From Rhizodiscina lignyota (lineage: Eukaryota), in assembly GCA_010015805.1 (NCBI GenBank), contig ML978123.1, positions 1,860,001 through 1,924,000 on the forward strand: 64,000 nt of DNA. Reading direction: 5' to 3'. The position numbers and the translations under genes were made by a program. Below are positions 11,562 to 23,849 of the stretch, piece after piece. The notes under the pieces were generated by a model. That model was not told where the DNA came from. It saw nothing but the letters and a program-made list of their open reading frames with translations, and searched no databases. Every line of letters starts with the position of its first letter. Positions within the stretch are counted from its first letter, which is position 1.

Positions 11562-13434
11562 TTACATGACGATGCAGCACGCACATCCACCCTTCTCTTT
11601 CTTCTCTGCATTCGCGCCGTTTGTTTCTGGGTCCTGCATCCTCACCACGTCTAAGGGCTTCGGACTTGGGACATTACGGCTGGGACTTCCGGGTGGATGT
11701 TTTGGGCTGTTGAGACTCGGCATGAGGTTGTATCCGCCATGATCTGTGCCGCTTGTACCGGGTCTACCGTTGCTTGTCGCCGCACTTGCTCGCTGGTTGA
11801 GTGGTGGAGCAAGAGGCCAGCTGGGCGTGTCGTCGTCTTTCTCTCTCGAGTCAAGGAAACTCTCTCTTCCAAGGAAACTCTCCCTTCCAAGGAAACTCTC
11901 CCTTCCTAGGAAACTCTCCCTTCCTGTATAGCGATTGTTCACAGATGGTTTGCGCTCGGGCTTGACAAATTCTTCGGTGTTGAGGAGACGGAAATCGCGA
12001 TCGTAGACGCTGCCAGTCTTGCCTTCCTTCTCCCACTGCTCTTGTGCCATTCGCTTCGCGTGGGTGGGAAGCATTTGCTGATCGGGAGGTAACCTTGGGT
12101 CAGGCTTATACATACTCGCAATCCATGGAGGATCACCTTCGGGAGTCATATGGCTAGTGGATGGACGGCCTGACGAAGTACCGGGACGTTTTGTTGGAGA
12201 GCTCGTAGAAGCATTTCTTGACTTTTGCGAGCTTACATTGCGGCTCGCCATGCCACTCGACTTTCGATTTCCGGAAGTGGGATTTGCCTTAGAGGGAACT
12301 CGACCTTTTGGTGAAGATTTCAGAGAAGAGTTGGCTTCATCATGATTGGGTGGCGTGGATGGTTCATCTCCTTCCTGACTTCCCGCGCTGCCGTCGTCTA
12401 TTCCGACAGACCAGCCTCCGCTGCCATTGCGGCTCCGTGGAAGTGGGGAGTCTCGTTCAAGGAACGTCGCAGGTACGGGCAGCGGGCTGCTCTTTTTGAC
12501 CGGTATACGGGACGTGCTCGGACGCACCTGCATGCTCTGGCGATTCATTATTATTTCTCTCTCTGCAGCCACTTCCTCTGGCGTGCGGAAGTCGAACTCC
12601 ATTCCAATGCCATCACCATCCTCCTCTTGTACCGGGTCTGGAGATATTGTGCGCTGCCGCTTGTCCAGAGGGGGTGCTGGAGCTGGACCGTATACGCCGG
12701 TGAAATCTTCGACCCGAGGACTCTCGACCTGTGGCTCGCTGAGGATTTCGCGTCTCTGCCTCGAGGAAGATCTACTACTTGTGGCACGGCTGGCGGTATT
12801 ACGCGGAACTCTAAATCCAGCTTCCTCCAGTTCCCGACTCTCAATTTGGGCCAGCTTGTCCCTGTGTATCCAATTTGAATCATCCTGTTCCGGGTCATAA
12901 ACCCTGAGCTTGCGCTTATTATCTCCACTTCCATGGTTGGGTTGGATGGGTTTGCTCTCTGAATTCGTCTTGTACAGATCACCAAACTCATCCGCACCGC
13001 CATTCGCACTAATGTTGCTAGTCTTCTGCGTCAAAACATTGGCTTGTCCAGATTCGGTGGATTGTGAAGATTTTGCCGTTCGCGATGATTCCATAGTATT
13101 CGTACGCTTGTTAATGCCGTTTCGTTGCTGGGCAAGAGGTTGACGGGAATTGTTCAAGGCCTGTTTAGAGGAAACATCGGGGTCTACGTGTTTGGGGTCA
13201 CCGATGGCGACGTTCTGCGGAGCATTGACCATTAGCAAATACACCCCAAATGATGTGACAATATCCGACGTAAGAATTCTTAAGCCCATGGCGAGTGAAT
13301 CGCAATGAGTGACATCGTAGACAGATGCAACATACCTCGCTGTCGACCGGCACTGCGTAGTCCCAACTTTGGCCATGAGAACTACTCGGAGGTGTCAAGG
13401 TCGAGATTGGCTGCGACGCAGAGACGGTAGCCAT
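11562..13434 (-). CDS. teaR: Prenylated cell-end marker receptor, TeaR/Mod5-like
   Basis: Start MATVSASQP at 13434, intron 13335-13215; blocks DSNWIHRDKLAQIESRELEEAG and EGDPPWIASMYKPDPRLPPDQQMLPTHAKR; C-terminal CaaX box CCIVM. Confidence 0.8.
11853..11924. repeat. Coding minisatellite, 18 bp x4 (GRESFL x4 in TeaR)
   Basis: Unit AAGGAAACTCTCCCTTCC repeated four times with single substitutions. Confidence 0.95.
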
Positions 13435-14822
13435 CTGCGGCGCAGCTCTTCACGTTGCCCAGTGGTGCAATATCGTACGCCGGAGTCGCTGTCCACGTCA
13501 CGTAGTCCGCTAGCTGTGTTGTAGGAATCGTGTAGGAATCGTGATCGTCGGGTATGCGAAAGGAGTCGCTTTCGGGATGACGCGCCGGCGTACCACTTGC
13601 ACTCGATACGTAGTGTAAGAAGCAAGTGACTGCGTTCCTTCGCTTGAAGTGATACTGTGTTGCTAGATCATCGAGTCGCGGTTCGCGCCATATGAGGTAC
13701 GCGACGACGTTGGTTGTCGCGGCGTCGGCGGGCCTCAGCCTCAGTCTCAGCTATCGCAATTGGCGCTGGGCGGAGAAGGCGAGCATTCGAAAGGCTTCGT
13801 TCGGTCGGAGGTCGCAGTCAATACTTTCTAAATCGGTAATGCGGGTGACTGAATGCAGAGGGCGGGCTGCCGTTGGATTGTCGAATAGCGATGGGGCACA
13901 GGGGCTGCGAGGTGTGAAGGTTGTGATGCCGCGATGCTGTTGGCTGTGGCTCACACGCGCGCATAGACCACCGCTCATGACAGTTTGGGCGCCACTCCGC
14001 TGCCTCCTGGCGCGACTTTAATTTCGAAGGAGCCGTAAAATTATTCGAGACGGTTTCGAATCGAATCCTTCCGCGCCGCACCGAAGTTCTATCGAAGATC
14101 TTGCAAAAGCAAACCCGCGTCTGCAGTTTGCATATATACTTGTTCCCGCAAGCTGCTCTTCAGAATCGCACATCACATCGCAGTTCTCCAGGCCTGTGAC
14201 GGCCACGAGGCTAAACGAAATGACATATGACCGCTAAGCCTTAAAGGAGATTTTCATACGAGCATGAAGCTTATTTCCCACTCCATGTCCAATCGCCCTA
14301 TTAATTTGACCCATGTATTGCCTTTAACCGCACATCGTCACTTCATCCTCTATCTCCTAACCGGCTTCATTCCCGCTGACGAGGATGTTGCTTGATTCCA
14401 ACGAACTTGGACACGAGCTGAGCCCTATCAAATCCGCTGCCCTATTATACCCTAGCCCTATATAATGTGATGCGACGACTCTGGCTTGTACAGCTCTACT
14501 TGCGCAGGAACTCAGTTAGGAGACGGGCGAGAGTTCAGCACTCCTGCATTGCGCTTACGCTTGGATAAAGCTGGTAGCTTTATGCCGATTGCTCTTCTTC
14601 GAAGAAATGAATAAAACAAAATAATCTGGAGATTGGGAGAAGAGAGATCGTAGATTCGTTTGCTTTGTATGCCTATTTTAACTCCATTTTCAGCAGCAAA
14701 GTGTGTAAAAACCCCAGAACTGCTCCCCTCAGGCTCAAATTCGTCATTTCATGGTCGAGTTCTCCCAGCCTTTCCAGTTAACCACTTTCAATCATTTTGT
14801 GAAGTGTCACTTCCGCAAGCAA

Positions 14823-16658
14823 TTAATCGCTCCTCTCCCTCAGTCGCACCCAAAGTGGGCCTTTGTGCCAAAGGTAGAAGCAAAGCTGCTCCTCCATCCA
14901 CCTCCTGCTCTCCTGCTTCAACTCAATGTCAAATCCCCAGAGCAACTTCACCAGAATCATTCTCATCTGCGCCCAAGCGAATTTCTCCCCCAGGCACTTT
15001 CTCGGGCCACGAAAGAATGGTTGACTTGCGTCGAAGTTATCCGAGCCCATCGCAGGCGTTCCGTTTGGCATGTCCAGCCAGCGGCCAGGATCGAACTTAT
15101 CGGGAGAGGCGAAGTTGGACGCATGGCGCGCGCAAGCGTAGAGACAGACACGCACGACAGTACCCTCTGGGACGAAATAGCCGTCAACCCGCGCGCCGCC
15201 GAGAGGAGCAAGGCGAGGTACTCCCATTGGGACGGGTGGATACAGGCGTAAACCCTCACTGATGCAGGCGTTCAAGAATTTCATGTCCCTCGTGCTGGCG
15301 AACGTGATATCGGAGTCGTTGAGGAAGGAGTCGCGAATCTCAGCAGTGAGGCGTTTGAGCACATCCGGTGACGTGCAGAGGAAATACAAGATACCCGACA
15401 AAGTGGTGGCAGTTGTCTCGCTTGCAGCTATTATCATGAAGTGAGCATTCGCATCGAGTTCATCCCTTGTCATGCCCGAAGAAACTTTCACCCCGGGGGC
15501 GTCCTTCAAGATACCGGTCTTCAGAGCAGGTGTCATCCAATCTTTCAGCTCTGTTCCTTGGGCCAGCCTGGTCTCTACTTTGGCGCTAACGTGATCGAAG
15601 TGCCACCTCATCTTCTGTCGTTGGATCTTTGAGAGCTTGCTCCGCAGGTATTGAATCCAGTCCGGCCCGATGATACGTGCCAGGGTTTCGAGACTCGACT
15701 GCGCCCGGATGTAGTCGAATATGAGCTTGATCCATGGATGGAGTCTGCCATTTTGCATGGAGCAGAACGATTCGCCGAAGATGAGTTGTGCACCTATGTC
15801 GAAAGTCGCGGCATTGAACCACATTTTCATGTCAACGTCTTCACCTTTCTTGGCTCCAATCGGCGAATCCCTCTCCGAGACGGGCTGGCTCCGGTCAGCG
15901 CCATCAGAGTTTGTAGAAGAGGAACCTTCGGCTGTTTTGCGAAAGACACTTTCACCAAGCTTTTCGTACGAATCAGTTTCAGAGCCCTGACTACTCAGAG
16001 TCCTTCCTGAGAGGGCGCGCTTCTTCAGCTCATTGATGAAAGTATCAGAAAGAGAGGCAACAACACCCTCGTGCGCTCGAACGGCCTCGTCTGTGAAAGC
16101 TGGTGCGATTGTTCTTCTCATCCGCTTGTGATCGTCATCGTCACGAGCGCTATTCAGGTGACGTGTACCGTTGGGGGTTGGGGAATACAGTGCAGGATCT
16201 TTCGAGAATGCGTTAGTGTTGAAGACATCTTTGAACGCTTGTGCCGTGTTGAACGAGAGCTCGTTTGGTGCGATGCGAACGACAGGGCCATAACGATTGT
16301 GCAATGCGAGAGTATCCGTATGATTGCGGCCACGGAGTTTCGACAATTCATGTGGAATAGGAGACATCGCCCAAAGAAGAGGTCCGGGATATGCAGCAAG
16401 AGGCGAGCGGAAGACGTTGTAGACCGCATTGTATGCAAATATGACCACAGATTCGATGACCGGAAGCAGGATGGAGTAAAAGAGCACGACTTTGAGTAAA
16501 GCCCCGGCACTGTTGGTATTCCACCAGCCATACATGGTCATCAAGTACTTCAAGAAGGCATAAGTGAGAGTCCCGAGTGCCAAGTGCGAAGAAAAGTGCA
16601 GCGCCACACTCTTGAGGTCGACGATTGGAGGCGGGTGCCGACGTTTGTGAGAATCCAT
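14823..16658 (-). CDS. Cytochrome P450 monooxygenase (resembles CYP65-type enzymes), single open ORF, ~611 aa
   Basis: YPGP hinge, YGPVVRIAPNELSF, I-helix AASETT, K-helix EGLR, FDPGRW, heme motif FFRGPRKCLG; likely start MDSHK at 16658. Confidence 0.92.
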   Translation of the reverse strand: MDSHKRRHPPPIVDLKSVALHFSSHLALGTLTYAFLKYLMTMYGWWNTNSAGALLKVVLFYSILLPVIESVVIFAYNAVYNVFRSPLAAYPGPLLWAMSPIPHELSKLRGRNHTDTLALHNRYGPVVRIAPNELSFNTAQAFKDVFNTNAFSKDPALYSPTPNGTRHLNSARDDDDHKRMRRTIAPAFTDEAVRAHEGVVASLSDTFINELKKRALSGRTLSSQGSETDSYEKLGESVFRKTAEGSSSTNSDGADRSQPVSERDSPIGAKKGEDVDMKMWFNAATFDIGAQLIFGESFCSMQNGRLHPWIKLIFDYIRAQSSLETLARIIGPDWIQYLRSKLSKIQRQKMRWHFDHVSAKVETRLAQGTELKDWMTPALKTGILKDAPGVKVSSGMTRDELDANAHFMIIAASETTATTLSGILYFLCTSPDVLKRLTAEIRDSFLNDSDITFASTRDMKFLNACISEGLRLYPPVPMGVPRLAPLGGARVDGYFVPEGTVVRVCLYACARHASNFASPDKFDPGRWLDMPNGTPAMGSDNFDASQPFFRGPRKCLGEKFAWAQMRMILVKLLWGFDIELKQESRRWMEEQLCFYLWHKGPLWVRLRERSD

Positions 16659-17323
16659 CTTGAAGTCGCTGCGGAGAGAAGTTGGAGTTGAATGAGAGAG
16701 AGAGCTCGAGGTTGATGACGAGGACCTTGAGAGAAAAGAGATACATGTGAAAGTATAAGCTGGCCTCGACTGGGAAGGAGTGTGACGTGACCTCATCCGG
16801 TGAGGCAGTCACTCGCTACTTTAGCGAGGCATTGAGTTTCATTAAGCGGGTAAGGAAGGCACCATTGTACCTCTACTACGTGACCACTTGCTGAGTTGCC
16901 AACCTTGATGGCTGCTACCTTAGTCAAACCTTGATGGCATATGAAGGAAGTAGAGCCAGCGCAAAGAAACCTTAAGAGACAACCCGAGAGAGGAACCGTG
17001 AATAACCGATATGATTCTATAAATATATCGAAAGGTCACATCTAACGAGGAACACAGAAGTGGACATGAATATGCTTGAGAGCTGCCTTGAGAGCCAATG
17101 GAACGTAGCGTACCCTCATAGACACCTGAGCTTTGAATGGGCGGCACTCTACAACTCAGACATAGATCTAGGGGCGATGATCGGTTCACTCAATGAAGTG
17201 AGATTTCCGATTGAGCGATCCCCTCCACAGTAACAATGCTGCAGGAGTTCGAATTCGATGCCTCCATTCTCCTCATCCTGGTCAAACAACATTTCGCCGG
17301 CTCGAGAACAGGTCAAACCACCT

Positions 17324-17998
17324 TCAGTTCTGACGAGGCTTCACAATGCCGTCATGGACAATGTAATAGACAATAGTACTATCATCATCCACAGTAGCAA
17401 GCAGAAGCCGTTTTACTTCTCTCCATCTGCCTGGACTCTGGATCGGCCCTTCGGAAGGGGGATTCTCTGCGAGCAATCCATCATTCGAGGGACCCGGATC
17501 CGGTGGCACGGAGCAGATGACATCGAAGACAGTTGCCATTCTTCGTAGCGACCACATCTCCCCAATATGCGTCGGAAGTACCCACTCCCTGACTGGCTGC
17601 GGAGTTGTTTCAGGGTCATCATCGTCTTCTGGTATAGTAGGTGGGACAGTATCCGTAGTGCTGTCTGTTACTTGACGCTTCTCTTGTGCCTTTCTTCTCT
17701 TCTTCCGCTCATCATCCAGCCTGATGAATTCGATTTGCTCATCCGGATGGACATACAGTCTCCTTGGTGGCATCCCAGAGAGCAGTGGTCTCGACATCCG
17801 AGCATATGGGGCTGTCGGTGAATGCGTGTGTAGTTTGAGCTGGGTCCATCGATGTTGATGTTGGAGATTATGGAGCACCTGGAGTGCGAGATTGCAGTAG
17901 TGGTCCCAGTCAGATAGTTCATCGTCAACTGAATCTAGGACGTAACCGTCCGAGGCCATCAACTGCTGTAAGGCCGACGAAGCCCTTCTTACAGCCAT
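17324..17998 (-). CDS. SEN15: tRNA-splicing endonuclease subunit Sen15
   Basis: QVLHNLQHQHRWT, PPRRLYVHPDEQ, EWVLPT and C-terminal LLATVDDDSTIVYYIVHDGIVKPRQN, typical of fungal Sen15. Confidence 0.9.
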   Translation of the reverse strand: MAVRRASSALQQLMASDGYVLDSVDDELSDWDHYCNLALQVLHNLQHQHRWTQLKLHTHSPTAPYARMSRPLLSGMPPRRLYVHPDEQIEFIRLDDERKKRRKAQEKRQVTDSTTDTVPPTIPEDDDDPETTPQPVREWVLPTHIGEMWSLRRMATVFDVICSVPPDPGPSNDGLLAENPPSEGPIQSPGRWREVKRLLLATVDDDSTIVYYIVHDGIVKPRQN

Positions 17999-18633
17999 GA
18001 TGCGCTTGACGAGGTCGACTTCCAGGAGCTGAATGGAATCTGCCGGCCGTAGGGCTGGTGAGAATTTAGAGCCAGATCCCCCGCACGTGCGTCTGGGGAA
18101 CGATAACGACAGTTCAGATTCGCTACCGCAACCCTTTCCCCTTTCGTTGAAGCGGCCTGATGATTAAGTTGCCCGATGGTGCGTACCAAGCAGGCCGCTT
18201 GCAGACGTTCTGCCAATTTCTTCTTGTTACGGAAAAGCGCCAATCCTACCGGCCGGGAGTGCGCCTCGCGTTCTGTGCGCAACTTTGTACGCGCGGGCAG
18301 ATGGCCACCAATTCTCCTCCGCCCTTACGATGGAAAACCTCAATCCGCCTACTGTTAACATATACGATGCGCCCTCTCTTCGCGACATGAAGTGACGCAT
18401 TGAAAGGCGACAGTGGCAAAGTACGCCCGAGCTAATTGGCTCCTGACCAACAACGCAACACCACGCTAAGGAATCCAGTCCCAGTCCCAGAATCCTGCGC
18501 CACGAAATACGAATGAGGCGTTGATCGCAACAGACCTGCATAACCGTGTATATACTGGTTCTTGCACGCCTAACTTTCACTTCATTGTCACCTCTCGAAG
18601 TTTTACTATTATTTGATATCTGCAATCGCAACA

Positions 18634-20359
18634 ATGGCAGACGAATCGCGAGGAGACTCGCCCACGAAACCCTCGACGTCCTCAGCTCCGCATGCACCCT
18701 CCCCGACAGCAAATTCGCCGACGATGAACCCTTCACAGGATGTCCAAATCGCTCCTGATGCCGAGTTTGATCCAATGCAACGCCATATATCCCGAAAGGG
18801 AAAGACATCCACCGTTGACACAATATCTTCTGTTGTGTCAGAGACTACGACACGCCTGCGTTCCGCCTCTGTTAAGTTAATGCAGACGGATCCACCTCTG
18901 GGTATGTGGGCCGCAAGTAGTATGGCTGCCGCTAGAGCACCTTCAATTGGTGAAGTTCGACGCGGCTATTTTGGCGAACAAGGATGGGGAGGAGAGGCAG
19001 CAGAGACGAGGCGAAGAGCAAGCGTTGGTAGCTTCACAGATGACGATGGACAGAGGGAAGGGCAGGGCCATGAGAGAAGCAGGCGGTGGACCGGTCGCAG
19101 ACGTAGTTCAGCGCAAAGTGGCAGTGGGAGCGATGGTGAAGGTACTGGCAAGAGAAGGAGAACGGTTGCTGCTGGGGCCCATGGCACTGAGCAGTTCCCC
19201 AAACTGGAGGAAGAGCCCACACTGGAGAGTGTCGCTACACCTGAGGTGGTTGAGATGATACCGACGCGAGACTTTAATGCGGAGGACAAGATAGAAAAGC
19301 AACGCCAAGCCGAGGGTAGCAAAGCAGAAGTGAAGAAGTCCCCTACGTTCGTCGAGGCACCACTACCGTCCTTCCTACGCCGCGATACCAGCGGCTACAT
19401 CCACCACCCGAAATTGCCGTGGACTACATCTACTGGAATCGCACTGTACGCTTTCTGGAAATGGTTTCTCACGCCCCTGGGTTTTCTCATCACTATCTAT
19501 GGCCTTAACGTCGTTGCGTGGGGTGGAATGCTCTTCCTACTGCTGTGCAATGCAGCACCAGCTATGTGCCATCCTACTTGCGACGATATCAATTCACCTC
19601 GGCGGATATGGCTTGAGGTGGATTCGCAGATTCTCAATGCATTGTTCTGTGTCACTGGCTTTGGCCTCGCACCTTGGAGATTCCGCGATCTTTGGTGGCT
19701 GATGGTGTATCGACTGGGCATTCAGGGCCGTTCAGCAACGCAACGACAGGTTGGACTCAGAAGGTTGGGTGGTATTCACAGCGGGTGGTTCCGACTGCCT
19801 GGAAGTGACCACTTGGGGCCACATGTTGATATTCCTATGAATGGAGAGGAACCGATTGTTGTCGAAAATCCGGCCATTCCAATCCCTGCGAGCAAAACGC
19901 CACCGGATCCGCTTACCGACGTGAGGGCACCGCCTACGAAGCTGTGGAAGATGGACTTCGTCATCTGGTGCAATGTTTGGAATACGTTCCTGCAGGCTTG
20001 TTTGTGTGGATTTATGTGGGGGAGAAATAGGTATTTTTCTATTCGCTGATCTGATTGAGGAGCCTCTCGCTAATTGTACCGATAGATATAACCGCCCATC
20101 ATGGGCTACTGGCCTCTTCATCGGTCTTGCTTGCGTTATTGCTGGTTTGGGTGGTATAATGATGTTCAAAGAGGGCAAGAAGGTCAAACGGGTAGAAGGC
20201 GTGCCTGTCCCGGAAGAGCAACAAAAGGCTCTTTTGGACCTTGAGATGCAGGTGGGATGGGAGAAGTCGAAAAGCACTCAGAAAGACAAATCGTCAGCGG
20301 AGAAGACGATCGGAAATGGCGGGGCTCCTGAAGTTTTGAAGCCGTCTTCTTTTAACTAA
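18634..20359 (+). CDS. DUF2985-type integral membrane protein
   Basis: WKWFLTPLGFLITIYGLNVVAWGGMLFLLLC...RRIWLEVDSQILNALFCVTGFGLAPWRFRD; intron 20031-20085; disordered N-terminus. Confidence 0.8.
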
Positions 20360-21077
20360 TAGAGATATACCGAGTATCAAATATTCGTCACCGTGATTGG
20401 TGTTACTGATATGCTCCACTTCACGGGATACCATCTTTTCAATCGTCGTGCAGCTCCCAGAGAATCTACTATGCATGTAGTTCGTGAAGTGCTTCTCTGT
20501 TGTCGCTGGAGACAGAGAGCCATTTCTTACGCTCGAACGGTGTCCCAACTTCGCGTGCACTCCGTGTGAGAGCCACTTCAATCTCATCTCTCTGACTTGC
20601 CAAGTGCAGTGTAGCCAGGTATTCCCGGCCTTCTTTTTGGCAGTGTAATTGATCCCGTGACTTAGACCGTACAAGGAGGCTTTCTTAATTTCAGGTACAG
20701 CAAGCCACGCCCTAAGTTTCAGCGCCATCGCGGAAGTGGACAAGCATCAACCACTACATCACCAACTATTCAACGCCACAGACACAACTTCCAACGCTCG
20801 GCAAGCCAAATATGCAGGCGCACTTGGATTTCCAAAATTGGGCTTCGTTGACAGATCGTCCACGCGCCGGCGGCGGGTGTCTCGACTCGCACGCCGCGTA
20901 GGAATGAGTTCAGCTTGAGTCTCGAGAGGAGGCAAGTCTTTCTTCTTTTCATTTCCGCTGTGAAGTTCTTGCGCTGTTCCCTCCTTGGGAGCTCTATCGC
21001 TCTCGTTCGTTCGTTCGTTGCCTTCGCTGCCGTCATTATTGCTCTGGAAGTCGTTCGTTCTGTTTCCTCTCCGCAAT

Positions 21078-22451
21078 ATGTCCTCTCCCCTCGCTCTTCT
21101 CATTTTCTCGGTCAGCCTTGCGCAAGTCTCTGCTATCAACTTTCCCGGACCGAGCCCGACTTTGTCACTAGAAGCTTTGCAAAGAGCTGCGGAAGGATGG
21201 ACACCGAAGCCGACCACCGCGCCTTTGCGCATTGACTTGATGCGTCGCGATGAAGCGTTTTACGATACTTGCGGGTGGGATCAGACGAGCGGAGCAGTAA
21301 CATGCCCGATCGGAACTTGCATGTTCTACGAACCCTCAGGTCAAATTGGCATGGCTGGATGTTGCACCTCGGGCGATTTGCAGAATTGCGGATGGAAGAA
21401 TACGTGTTATGACTACCGAGCAATAAGTGCTGGGAAGTGCAACTCGGATTGCTTCAGGAACAGCTTCGCAAGGCTGTGCAGCAACAAAGCAAGTCCCTAC
21501 TGCCAGGTGAGAATACATAGTCTGCCTTGTCTGGCAGTAAAAGTCGGCTGACACATACCGTTCAAGTCGTGGACATATCCGGCTGCTCAGATCAAAGATT
21601 ATGGCTGCGCTACCGATGGCGCGTCCACTTACACGACCATGGCTGAGTTCAGCACCGATGATTGGGGGTCGACGTATATTGCCGACCCAACAGTGCTCTC
21701 GAGGAAGGAGGTCACAGGATGGGAAACTACTGCCTCCGCGACGTCAAAATCAAACCCAGCTGCAGAGGCTTCACAGGCACAGACTTCAATCCAACCATCT
21801 CCAACCTCATCGAAGAGTTCGGTTCCTATCGGCGCTATCGCTGGAGGCGCTGCGGCAGGAGGTGTAGTCTTGATCGCCATCGTTACTGGTCTGATCATCT
21901 TCTTTGTTATGCGGAACAAGAAAAAGTCCAGTGCGAGCGGTGGACAGCCATATGCCCAAGTACCTCCTGGAGGTTCGGGGGTGTCACAAGATCCTCGACT
22001 GTCCACAGATCCCCGAATGTCTGCGTATCCACCACAAGGGCCACCAGAGCGTCCTCCGAGTCAGGAAGGGTACTTCACGTCCTCTGTTCCATCATATCCT
22101 CAAGATCAAAAGGAGGCTGTGATGGCCAACGTCTATCAAGTGCCAACTCCTACATCAAACGGCAGCAGCCCGCCTGTGCCTGACTACTACAAGCACTCCC
22201 AACCAACGTCGATGCAGGAAGGAGTACCAATGCAGCCAATATATCATCCGCAACACCCGCAACAACTCGCTCCAATGAGCAATACAACACCTCAAGGCTT
22301 CCACGAATTGCAAGCACCCGCAGTAAATAGCCAAGCACCTTATGCCATGGCTCCACCAGCAACGATGCCGAACCCGATGGCACACCGATACCCACCGCAT
22401 CAATATCCGCCGAATCAACAACATGGGGTGTGTGAAATGGGCTCTCCTTAG
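21078..22451 (+). CDS. Type-I membrane protein: signal peptide, Cys-rich ectodomain, S/T stalk, one TM helix, Pro/Gln-rich tail
   Basis: MSSPLALLIFSVSLAQVSA; about 10 Cys; intron 21507-21566; IGAIAGGAAAGGVVLIAIVTGLIIFFVMRNKKK TM followed by a basic stop-transfer. Confidence 0.85.
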
Positions 22452-23849
22452 TCGTAGAAGGATAACGGTCGACTTGCATTAATGCTGTGGAAATATCGCC
22501 AAGGTACGCTTGCATCGGAGTGTAAATACAGGGCTGGTGGAGCAAGGCGCAAGGTGTTTGCTTTGAACTTGCTCATCATTGATGTTTACGTCGCTTGGCT
22601 AATATAAATACTTCCTGTACATATTCCTGAGCGAATCGGAGGAGCCAGAGAGCGAAGCAGGGGTAGGACCAACGTCCTTCGCACGCATATCTCCTAGAAA
22701 TCTACGTTGCTATTCAAGGAGCCCTGGAATTAGCTATCTCGATCGAGATACTATTGGAGAAAATATCAAGTTCTTCGGGATCTCTCAATAGGCATTTGAC
22801 GCGGAGACAGGCAATCAGATCTGTGGAATGATATTCATCCCGAAGCTCAACTGACTCCAAACTAGAAATCTGAAAATGATAGAGCAACGGAAGAATCGGA
22901 GGAGCTTAGGCCTCAGGGCCTTTAGGGTAAGAGATATGTTTGATGGTCGCCGAGATCCATATACGTTTGTATTGAAAAGGCTGTAGATAGATACGCCAAA
23001 GGATGAGAAAGCCAGCAGCGCCTTGAACCAAGGGACCACTTTGTCGTACGATTAACGTGCCGGATCCTTGCAAGAATCAACCTCTAACGACTCCACATGC
23101 ATTTCAAGCCTTCACTAAGCCTTATGCTAGTGACTAATGGAGATCGTCCACAACGATCCTCCCAGTCCATTACTGGAGATATCCGGCGAGAAATGAAGTC
23201 GTGAATTTGCCAGCTCGAAAAAAATTCGTAGAATGTGTCTAGAAACTAGAGATGAAGTAAACTTGTCAATCGAGACGTTCAGATGACTGTGCAAAAATCA
23301 CCCGGCGCATTTTCGTCGGCGATCACAACCGGGCGTCCCCGAGAGGGCGATGAGGCTGAGACCCCCAAAAGCAGTCATCACCACCACTTTTTCGGCGGGT
23401 CCAAGTCACACACTCTTGCGAAACGCACGTAGCATTGCCATCGCAGTACGCCTGCCGAGACGCCAATACGAGCGATGGCACGCGGATTCCTTCAATCGCG
23501 CCGTGACATGGCGAAATACGCGTCTTTGGCGCGAACGATATTGAGCGCTGCTTAGTGACCGCTTCCTACATACTTTCGTGGGACCAGGGGTGCTAGCTGA
23601 GAGTTTCCGCTTCTGACGCCTACGCGCCCGAGATGCTAGATGGTCCTGGGCCTTCACGGTGAACCGTGCCTGGCTCCTTGTGGTATTTATTTTGGGTGAC
23701 TGTTCTTGATATAAGTACGTCCAGCCTCAGGCCTCCTGCACATTCTTGTGTTGACACAGCAGGATAATATCAAGCCCTAATAACAGACGCTACCCACCTA
23801 CTGTCGACATCAGGGTTACCACCACTACATCAGCACTACATCAAGACTC

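Noticed and set aside
11853..11924. CRISPR-like reading of the repeats
   Set aside because: No spacers, lies inside a CDS, eukaryotic genome, no cas genes.
23000..23849. Canonical AIM (CGG-N7-CGG) upstream of alternative oxidase
   Set aside because: By eye the CGG pairs here have N10 or N11 spacing, not N7.
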